This document shows, piece after piece, positions 9,045-15,648 of a DNA stretch of 24,000 nucleotides. The stretch's first letter is position 1, and each line of letters opens with the position of its first letter. Both the position numbers and the translations under genes were made by a program. Origin of the DNA: Steroidobacteraceae bacterium (GTDB lineage Bacteria > Pseudomonadota > Gammaproteobacteria > Steroidobacterales > Steroidobacteraceae); the NCBI GenBank assembly GCA_035485475.1, contig DATHOA010000193.1:1-24000 (forward strand). The letters are read 5' to 3'. The notes below the pieces were generated by a model. The model was not told the origin of the DNA and searched no databases. It saw nothing but the letters and a program-made list of their open reading frames with translations.

Positions 9045-10059
9045 TCTCCATAAGTATGGGCTCGTGCCTGCGGGCCGGCACGGCATGCGCCGCCAGCCCT
9101 TTGAGCTCGAGCCATTCGCGATTGAAAAGACGTGATTGATACTTCGCGCCGCCATCGCACAGCACGGTCACGATGGTGTGGCCGGGACCCAGGTCGCGCG
9201 CGACCTTGACGGCCGCGGCGACATTGATGCCGCTGGTGCTGCCGAGGAACAAACCTTCTTCGCGCAGCAGGCGGTACACGTAACGCACGGTGTCGCCGTC
9301 CTCGATGTGCACGGCGTCATCCACGGGCGCATCCTTGAAGTTGACGGTGATGCGTGCAATGCCGATGCCCTCGGTGATCGAGCCGCTGCCCGTGGCCTTG
9401 AGCGTGCCATTGCGCACGAATTCGTACAGGCTGCTGCCGGGCGGATCGGCCAGCACGCAGCGCACCGCACGGTTGCGGCTCTTCAGATAATCGGCGGTGC
9501 CGGCCAGCGTGCCACCGGTGCCGCTGGCGGCAACGAAGGCGTCGACCTTGCCATGGGTCTGTTCCCAGATCTCCGGTCCCGTGGTCGTGAAGTGCGCGTG
9601 ACGATTGATCGGATTGTCGAACTGATTGGCCCAGATCGCGTTGCGCAGCGAGCCGGCCAGACGCTGCGAGACTTTCTGGTACTGGTTCGGATTGCTGTAG
9701 GGCACGGCCGGAACCTTGTAAAGTTCGGCACCCAGCATCTCGAGCAGGCGGTACTTTTCCGGGGATTGGTTGTCCGGCATCACGATGATGCAGCGATAGC
9801 CGCGTTCGTTGCAGACATGCGCCAGGCCGATGCCGGTGTTGCCGGCGGTGCCCTCGACCACGCAGCCACCCGCGCGCAACTCGCCGCGCTGTTCGGCATC
9901 CATGACGATGGCGCGCGCCGCGCGGTCCTTGACCGAGCCACCCGGATTCATGAACTCGGCCTTGCCGAGGATTTCGCAACCGGTCTCCTCGCTGACCCCA
10001 CGCAACCGGATCAGCGGCGTATTGCCGACGGTGCCGGCGAAGCCGTGTGTGATTCCCAT
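9028..10059 (-). CDS. cysK: PLP-dependent cysteine synthase family protein (CysK/CBS-like)
   Basis: VGNTPLIRL, the PLP-lysine motif NPGGSVKDRAA, EGTAGNTGIGLA and ASGTGGTLAG are the hallmark motifs of the O-acetylserine sulfhydrylase / CBS fold-type II family. I cannot decide exact substrate specificity (CysK, CysM or CBS-like) by eye. Confidence 0.8.
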   Translation of the reverse strand: MGITHGFAGTVGNTPLIRLRGVSEETGCEILGKAEFMNPGGSVKDRAARAIVMDAEQRGELRAGGCVVEGTAGNTGIGLAHVCNERGYRCIIVMPDNQSPEKYRLLEMLGAELYKVPAVPYSNPNQYQKVSQRLAGSLRNAIWANQFDNPINRHAHFTTTGPEIWEQTHGKVDAFVAASGTGGTLAGTADYLKSRNRAVRCVLADPPGSSLYEFVRNGTLKATGSGSITEGIGIARITVNFKDAPVDDAVHIEDGDTVRYVYRLLREEGLFLGSTSGINVAAAVKVARDLGPGHTIVTVLCDGGAKYQSRLFNREWLELKGLAAHAVPARRHEPILMENVLVA

Positions 10060-10082
10060 AAGAATGTGATGCTCCGGGTGGG

Positions 10083-11504
10083 CTATGCCACACCCTCCAG
10101 GCAGGGCTCGAGGCTCGCGAGCGCCTGTTGTTGTACGACGCGCGTGACCTCCCCGACGAACAGCAGCGCTGGCGCCCCGAAGCCCCCGGTGCGCGCCGTC
10201 TCGGCGATATCGGCAAGTGTGCCATGCACCACGCGCTGTGTGGGCAAGGTCGCCTGGGCAATCAGCGCCACGGGCCGGTCGGCCGGGGCTCCGGCCTTGC
10301 GCAGACGTTCGGTCAGACCGGACAGCTGCGCCATGGCCATATAAAAGACGACCGTGTGCCCCGAGCGCGCCAGGGCCGGCCAGTCCAGCGTGTCCGCCAT
10401 GGCGACATGGCCGGGCGCAAAGGTCACGGACTGCGACACCTCGCGTAGCGTGAGCGGGATCTGTGCCGATGCGGCGGCACCCAGCGCAGCCGTGATGCCC
10501 GGCACCACGGTGACGGGAATGCCATGGCGCACGACGGCGGCAATTTCCTCCCCACCGCGTCCGAACACCAGCGGGTCACCTCCCTTCAGGCGCGCCACCT
10601 TCAGGCCGCGGCGGGCATGCGTGATCAGCATGTCGTTGATGCGGTCCTGCGCCAGGGTCGAATCACCCACATCCTTGCCGACGAAAATCCGCGTCGCCTC
10701 GCGGCGCGCGCGCTCCAGGATGGTCGGTGACACCAGCCGGTCGTACAGCAGCACATCGGCCTGCTGCAACAACTGCAGGGCGCGCAAGGTAAGCAGGTCC
10801 GGATCCCCCGGGCCGGCACCGATCAGATAGACCTCGCCGAGGGGGATGCCATCCTTGCGGGTGGCGAAGTGCTGCAGTTCGGCGCTGAATGCGCGGCGTG
10901 CGCCGGACTCATCCTGCGCCAGTTTTTCAAGATTCGACGCCGCACCAAAGAAGCGCTCCCAGAACGGGCGACGCAGCCTGGGTTGCAGCACACGATTGAC
11001 CTGCTCGCGCTGACTGCCGGCGAAGCGGGCGAGGGCGCCCAAGCGGGCCGGCAGCAGTGACTCGATCTGTTCGCGCACCCGGCGTGCGAGCACCGGGGTC
11101 GTGCCGGCCGAACTGACCGCAACGATCAGCGGGGAGCGGTCCACGATGGCCGGCAGGATGAAATCGGAAGTGGCGGCATCATCGGCCACGTTGACGGGAA
11201 TGCCGCGGGCGCGGGCCTCCCGCGACACCTGCGTATTGACTGCAGCGCAATCCGTGGCCGCCATGACCAGCGCCGCACCCTCGAGGTGATGGCTCGCATA
11301 TGATGCGCATTGGTGGGACATTCGTCCGGCCGCGCCGTGCAATTGCAGCAGTGCCTGGGCGCTGGCGTCCAGCTCAGGGGCAACCAGGCGCACCCGCGCC
11401 CCGCAGTTCAGCAGCAGCTCGGCCTTGCGTGCAGCAACGGCGCCGCCGCCGATGACGACTGCAAGCCGGTCCTGCACCCGCAGAAATATCGGCAGGTAGT
11501 CCAT
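10083..11504 (-). CDS. cysG: Siroheme synthase (precorrin-2 dehydrogenase/sirohydrochlorin ferrochelatase + uroporphyrinogen-III C-methyltransferase)
   Basis: 473 aa. The N-terminal Rossmann region is YLPIFLRVQDRLAVVIGGGAVAARKAELLL. The C-terminal SUMT domain has VYLIGAGPGDPDLLTLRALQLLQQADVLLYDRLV and GGDPLVFGRGGEE. Confidence 0.92.
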   Translation of the reverse strand: MDYLPIFLRVQDRLAVVIGGGAVAARKAELLLNCGARVRLVAPELDASAQALLQLHGAAGRMSHQCASYASHHLEGAALVMAATDCAAVNTQVSREARARGIPVNVADDAATSDFILPAIVDRSPLIVAVSSAGTTPVLARRVREQIESLLPARLGALARFAGSQREQVNRVLQPRLRRPFWERFFGAASNLEKLAQDESGARRAFSAELQHFATRKDGIPLGEVYLIGAGPGDPDLLTLRALQLLQQADVLLYDRLVSPTILERARREATRIFVGKDVGDSTLAQDRINDMLITHARRGLKVARLKGGDPLVFGRGGEEIAAVVRHGIPVTVVPGITAALGAAASAQIPLTLREVSQSVTFAPGHVAMADTLDWPALARSGHTVVFYMAMAQLSGLTERLRKAGAPADRPVALIAQATLPTQRVVHGTLADIAETARTGGFGAPALLFVGEVTRVVQQQALASLEPCLEGVA

Positions 11505-11547
11505 GGGGTGTCATTCAGGTTCAGGACCTGGATTCTGTCAACCCTTC

Positions 11548-12291
11548 TCAACCCTGGGCCGCCACGCCGCTGGTCGCCAGGCGCGGGGTCGCCCGGGCCT
11601 TCGGGTGCAGCCCGCATTCGCGCTGCTCGGGCTGTTCCCACCACCAGCGACCCGCGCGATGGTCCTCGCCCGGCATGATCGCCCGCGTGCAGGGCGCGCA
11701 GCCGATGCTGGGATAACCCTTCTCATGCAGGCTGTTGAAGGGCAGTTTGCGTGCCCGGATGTAAGCCCAGACCTGCTCCTCGGTCCAGTCGAGCAGCGGG
11801 CTGAGCTTGTACAGGCCGTTCTGCACGTCCCACTCGATGGCATCGCCCTCAGCGCGGGTTTTCGACTGTTCGCGCCGTACGCCGGTGACCCAGGCATCGT
11901 AGCCGCCCACGAATTTCTTGAACGGGACGACCTTGCGCACGCCGCAGCAGGCGCCGCGCGCCTCCGGGCTGTCAAAGAAGCCATTGATGCCCTGTCGCGT
12001 CACCAGGTCGGAGACATCCTGGGCATCCGGGTAGATGACGCGGATCTTGTTGTGGTAACGACGCTGCAGCTTGGCCAGCAGCTCGTAGGTTTCCTCGTGC
12101 AGCCGACCGGTGTCGATGCTGACGATATCGATCTCCGGCACGCTGTTGCAGATGATGTCGGTCAGCACCATGGCTTCGGCGCCCAGGCTGTTCGCGTACA
12201 CCAATCGGCCGTATTTCTGCACGGCTGCGGCCAGGAAATCGCGGACCTGAGCGGCCTTCGATTCCAGTTCCAGGGTCAGTATCTGCGCCAT
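11548..12291 (-). CDS. cysH: Assimilatory adenylyl-sulfate (APS)/PAPS reductase, thioredoxin-dependent; Fe-S cysteine pattern suggests APS type
   Basis: IDTGRLHEETY, the CC pair (ARGACCGVRK), CxxC (SIGCAPCTR) and the C-terminal ECGLH catalytic motif. CC...CxxC is the [4Fe-4S] signature of bacterial APS reductases. The start is either ATG 12291 (247 aa, chosen by family length) or ATG 12336. Neither has a good SD. Confidence 0.88.
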   Translation of the reverse strand: MAQILTLELESKAAQVRDFLAAAVQKYGRLVYANSLGAEAMVLTDIICNSVPEIDIVSIDTGRLHEETYELLAKLQRRYHNKIRVIYPDAQDVSDLVTRQGINGFFDSPEARGACCGVRKVVPFKKFVGGYDAWVTGVRREQSKTRAEGDAIEWDVQNGLYKLSPLLDWTEEQVWAYIRARKLPFNSLHEKGYPSIGCAPCTRAIMPGEDHRAGRWWWEQPEQRECGLHPKARATPRLATSGVAAQG

Positions 12292-12393
12292 AGCGGGTAA
12301 CTTTACGGGTGACAATCCGGTAACAGAACGAATCATTGCTTCTGATGAGCTGCGTCGCGGTTATGTACCTGGGTCACGGACATGCCGCCCGGT

Positions 12394-12417
12394 TATAATG
12401 TGGTCGCCCGGACATTA
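12394..12417 (+). promoter_or_regulatory. Candidate cysB -10 box with overlapping short inverted repeat
   Basis: Perfect TATAAT at 12394-12399, 47 nt upstream of the cysB ATG, with only a weak -35. TAATGT (12396-12401), N10, ACATTA (12412-12417) is a 6-bp inverted repeat across the -10. It could be a LysR-type autoregulatory site. The repeat is short, so chance is possible. Confidence 0.3.
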
Positions 12418-12445
12418 CGGAAGGGTCTGAAGGGGACGGGTTCTC

Positions 12446-13423
12446 ATGAAGTTGCACCAGCTGCGCTACCTCGCGGCCGTGGCCCAGAGCGGACTTAACA
12501 TAACGGCTGCCGCCCAGAAACTGCATACCTCCCAGCCGGGGGTCAGCAAGCAGATCAAGCTGCTGGAGGATGAGCTGGGCTTCCAGATCTTCACGCGCGA
12601 GGGGCGCAATCTCACGCGCATCACCCCGGCGGGCCAAACGGTCATCGATCGGGCCATGCAGATCCTCAAGGAAACCCAGGCCATTCGCGACCTGGCTACG
12701 GAGCTGCGCGATGAGGGCCGGGGAAGTCTTGCCATCGGCACCACCCATACGCAGGCGCGTTACGTGCTGCCGGAAGTGATCCAGAAGTTCCGCGCCAGCT
12801 ATCCGGATGTGCGCCTGAACCTGCACCAGGGCACCTCGGAGCAGATCGCGGAAATGGTGGCGCAGGATCGGATCGACTGCGCCATCAACACCGGTTCGGA
12901 ACATCTGTTCAGTGATCTGACCCTGCTGCCGTGCTATCGCTGGCATCGCGTAATCGTGGTGCCGCGCAATCACCCACTGGCCGACGTCGCCAAACCGACC
13001 TTGAAGCAGCTGGTGGCCTTTCCGCTGATCACCTACACGTTCAGCTTCAGTGGTCCGTCCTCCCTGCACCAGGCTTTCACCAAGGCCGGACTGACGCCGG
13101 ATGTGGCCATCACGGCGCGGGATTCGGATGTGATCAAGACCTACGTTCGCCTGGGGCTGGGTGTGGGGCTGGTCGCGCAAATGGCCGTCAATGCCCACGA
13201 GGATCCGGACCTGGTGTTCATGGACGCCTCGCACCTGTTTTCCAGTCACGTGACCTGGATCGGATTTCGGCGGGGTGTGCTGCTGCGCAAGTACATGTAT
13301 GACTTCGTGCACCTGCTGGCGCCGCACCTTGATCGCCGGGTGGTCGACCGCGCGCATCGGATGACCAGCGGCGAGGAGGTCGCGCAGCTTTTTGCGGACA
13401 TCGAGCTTCCGCAGTGGCAGTAG
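12446..13423 (+). CDS. cysB: LysR-family transcriptional regulator, CysB-like
   Basis: MKLHQLRYLAAVAQSGLNITAAAQKLHTSQPGVSKQIKLLEDELGFQIFTREGRNL is the CysB/Cbl-type HTH N-terminus. Length is 325 aa. It is divergent from cysH. A GAAGGGGA RBS lies about 9 nt upstream of the ATG. Confidence 0.88.
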   Translation: MKLHQLRYLAAVAQSGLNITAAAQKLHTSQPGVSKQIKLLEDELGFQIFTREGRNLTRITPAGQTVIDRAMQILKETQAIRDLATELRDEGRGSLAIGTTHTQARYVLPEVIQKFRASYPDVRLNLHQGTSEQIAEMVAQDRIDCAINTGSEHLFSDLTLLPCYRWHRVIVVPRNHPLADVAKPTLKQLVAFPLITYTFSFSGPSSLHQAFTKAGLTPDVAITARDSDVIKTYVRLGLGVGLVAQMAVNAHEDPDLVFMDASHLFSSHVTWIGFRRGVLLRKYMYDFVHLLAPHLDRRVVDRAHRMTSGEEVAQLFADIELPQWQ

Positions 13424-13455
13424 TGAGGCTGCAGCGGCGCCGGACGGCGCCTCAC
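13423..13455. terminator. GC-rich imperfect hairpin between convergent cysB and mocA (possible bidirectional terminator)
   Basis: GTGAGGC (13423-13429) pairs with GCCTCAC (13449-13455). Between them is GGCGCC-GGAC-GGCGCC, which can also pair. There is no T-tract, and the arms overlap both stop codons. Confidence 0.3.
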
Positions 13456-14039
13456 ACCTGCTGAAGTTTCAGCAAGTCCTCGGGCGTGTCGATATCAATG
13501 GCCGCGCTTTGCAGCGGCACCCTGATGAGCCGATCGCCCGCGCGTTTCAGCAGGGCGCGGGCGCCGGCATCACCGCGCAGCGCGCCGAGCGCGGCGAAGT
13601 CCTCGCGTGGAAAGATGGCAGGCACCCCGGCGGTGCCGGCGTAGTGGGCGGCCACGATGCACTGGGGTTGCCGGCGCCAGGTACCGACCAGGCGGCGCAG
13701 ATCCTCGGCGGTGACGGCGGGCTGATCCGCCAGCATCAACAGCGCGGCATCGGCGGCGGCGGGAACGTACCCGATTCCCGTTCGCACGGAGCTGCCCATG
13801 CCTTCGGCCCAATCGCGATTGATCACCACGGCCGCCGGCGTGTGACGTAGTAGCGGCGCGAGCTCAGCCGCATTGGCGCCCAGGACCACGGTGACTGCCT
13901 GGCCGGCGATCTCCACGGCCCGGGAGACGGCCAGGTGCAGCAGCGGGCGGCCGTTGAGGCGCACCAGCTGCTTCGGGGAGCCGAACCGGGTCGAGGCGCC
14001 GGCCGCGAGCACGATGACGTGCAGGTTTTCCTCGCTCAT
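13452..14039 (-). CDS. mocA: MobA-like nucleotidyltransferase, MocA-type molybdenum cofactor cytidylyltransferase
   Basis: N-terminal VIVLAAGASTRFGSPKQLVRLNGRPLL is the MobA/MocA NTP-transferase signature. Length is 195 aa. ATGA overlap with the upstream gene (14036-14039). Confidence 0.8.
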   Translation of the reverse strand: MSEENLHVIVLAAGASTRFGSPKQLVRLNGRPLLHLAVSRAVEIAGQAVTVVLGANAAELAPLLRHTPAAVVINRDWAEGMGSSVRTGIGYVPAAADAALLMLADQPAVTAEDLRRLVGTWRRQPQCIVAAHYAGTAGVPAIFPREDFAALGALRGDAGARALLKRAGDRLIRVPLQSAAIDIDTPEDLLKLQQV

Positions 14040-14494
14040 GTGAGTCCGGCGGCGGCGCGCGCCGCCGCGTACAGCTGCCGCTCTTCAAGAATCGTGTCGG
14101 CGCTCAACGGGGCCACGTGACGCCAGTGAGCCACCCGCAATGTTGCGCCGGCGAGCGCATCCAGCGAATCACTCCAGGTTTGAAGCAGCGCCAGCAGACG
14201 CTGGGCCTGCACGTCGACGGGGCGTGCCGCGCCGGCATCGGCTGCCTGGGTGACAGCGGCGGATACCTGCGTGAGTTGCGCCCGCGACTGCGCGCCAAGG
14301 GTGGGCAGCGCCAGCAACGCCGCACTGTGGGCGCCCAGCTGGGCCAGCAACCGCCGGCTGGCCCACTCGATGTAGGCGGTGATGGGCCGGGCCGGTTTGA
14401 CCGCGCCGGCGTCCTGGGGCGCGGCCCGCAGGATTTCCTGCAGGTGAGCGCGCTCGGCCGCGAGCTGCTGGCGGATGAAATCCGTCTCGTTCAT
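14036..14494 (-). CDS. Hypothetical protein, 152 aa, Ala/Leu/Gln-rich, no TM segment or signal peptide seen
   Basis: Both ends are translationally coupled by ATGA overlaps (14491-14494 with xdhC, 14036-14039 with mocA). Its composition looks protein-like, whereas the competing frames (14117..14551 +, 14169..14600 -) are Arg/Pro/Gly-rich off-frame junk. I do not recognise the family. Confidence 0.6.
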   Translation of the reverse strand: MNETDFIRQQLAAERAHLQEILRAAPQDAGAVKPARPITAYIEWASRRLLAQLGAHSAALLALPTLGAQSRAQLTQVSAAVTQAADAGAARPVDVQAQRLLALLQTWSDSLDALAGATLRVAHWRHVAPLSADTILEERQLYAAARAAAGLT

Positions 14495-15582
14495 CGCAAC
14501 CGGCTGTTGCCGGAAAGGGAGCCACCCGCCGCGCCATGCAGCTGTGCATGAATCTCGGCGACGATCGACAAGGCAACGGACTCCGGCGCGCGGCCGCCAA
14601 TATCCAAGCCGATGGGGGAGCGCAGCCGTCCTCTCAAGGCGGCTACATCGCCGTCCAGCTCGCTGAGCAGCTTCTCGCGGCGCGCGGCCGGTCCGAGCAA
14701 ACCCAGATAGGGGATTGCGGAGGTACTCAGGGCACGCAGGTAGGCGAGGTCAGACGGCAGGTGATGGCTCATGACAATCGCCGCATCGTAGCGCTGCAGG
14801 TCCACGGTCTGCGCCAGGCTCTCGGGCCTTCCCAGGGTCACCTGTTCCGCCGCCGGGAAGCGCTCCGACTGGGCGTAGGCGGGCCGGTGGTCGTGCACCG
14901 TGATGCGCCAGGCCAGTCGCGCGGCAAAATCGACCAGCGGTTGGGCATCCGGACCTCCACCCAGCAGCAGCAGGCGTGGCGGCAGGGACACTCGTATGGC
15001 CAGCACCCGCAGGGCATCGGCCCGGTCACCGAGGATGCTCGCATGCCCGCTTGCCAACGCCCGCCCCAGCAGTGCCTGAAGGGCATCCTGCAGCACCAGG
15101 GGCACCGGCTGACCCCCCGCCTGGCCATCGATCAGAACGATGCTGCCGGGGGGCAGGTCGCCATGCGGGGAGGCAACCACCACGGCGACAGCGGCCGGCT
15201 CGTGCCGCTGGTAGGCATGGACGAACAGGTCCAGGGGCTGCCAGTCATTCTCGGGACCGACACGCAGCAGCAGGATCTGCATGGCGCCCTCGCAGCCCAC
15301 GCCGAGGCCCCACAGCAGGTCATCCGTACCGCGCGTGTCATAGGTGATCAGCTTAGCCTTGCCGCTGCCCATGACCTGCAGCGCATGCTCACGCAGATCC
15401 GATTCCAGGCAGCCCCCGGACAGCAGTCCGGCATACTCGCCGTCGGCCGCAATCAGCATCAGGGCGCCGGGCTTGCGGTAGGTAGAGCCCAGGGTATGCA
15501 CCACAACGGCCAGCGCCACGGCGCGACCGGCACGGCGCTCACGCTCGTACAGCGGCAATAGCGGTGCGATCAGGGTTTCCAT
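14491..15582 (-). CDS. xdhC: XdhC/CoxI-family molybdoenzyme maturation chaperone
   Basis: N-terminal XdhC_CoxI pattern (AVALAVVVHTLGSTYRKPGALMLI...GLLSGGCLE) and a C-terminal Rossmann-like domain (LLLLGGGPDAQPLVDFAARLAWRITVHDHRP). The track start is GTG 15633; I prefer ATG 15582 (METLIAPLL...), giving 363 aa. Confidence 0.85.
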   Translation of the reverse strand: METLIAPLLPLYERERRAGRAVALAVVVHTLGSTYRKPGALMLIAADGEYAGLLSGGCLESDLREHALQVMGSGKAKLITYDTRGTDDLLWGLGVGCEGAMQILLLRVGPENDWQPLDLFVHAYQRHEPAAVAVVVASPHGDLPPGSIVLIDGQAGGQPVPLVLQDALQALLGRALASGHASILGDRADALRVLAIRVSLPPRLLLLGGGPDAQPLVDFAARLAWRITVHDHRPAYAQSERFPAAEQVTLGRPESLAQTVDLQRYDAAIVMSHHLPSDLAYLRALSTSAIPYLGLLGPAARREKLLSELDGDVAALRGRLRSPIGLDIGGRAPESVALSIVAEIHAQLHGAAGGSLSGNSRLR

Positions 15583-15648
15583 CCGCCAATTATGCTTGAA
15601 GTTGCGTCGGTCCGACGGCGTCAGTAGAGTCACGCGGCCTTTTTTGGC

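Noticed and set aside
12345-12398. 17-codon mini-ORF (MSCVAVMYLGHGHAARL) in the cysH-cysB spacer, considered as a Cys/Met-sensing leader peptide.
   Set aside because: It has no SD and only one Cys. Its stop overlaps the TATAAT that I consider the cysB -10, so it would lie upstream of the cysB transcript. It is most likely chance.
14036-14494. Possible hemerythrin-like (HHE) assignment for the 152-aa unknown protein, based on ERAHLQE and AHWRH.
   Set aside because: The spacing and number of His/Glu ligands do not convincingly match the H...HxxxE...H...HxxxE pattern by eye. The protein is left as unknown.
15602-15648. T6 run (15640-15645) preceded by GC-rich sequence, considered as an intrinsic terminator or thr attenuator.
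   Set aside because: The best stems I could draw upstream (CGTC-GGTCC-GACG; GACGGCGT/ACGCGGCC with mismatches) are too weak or too far from the T-run. There is also no leader peptide.
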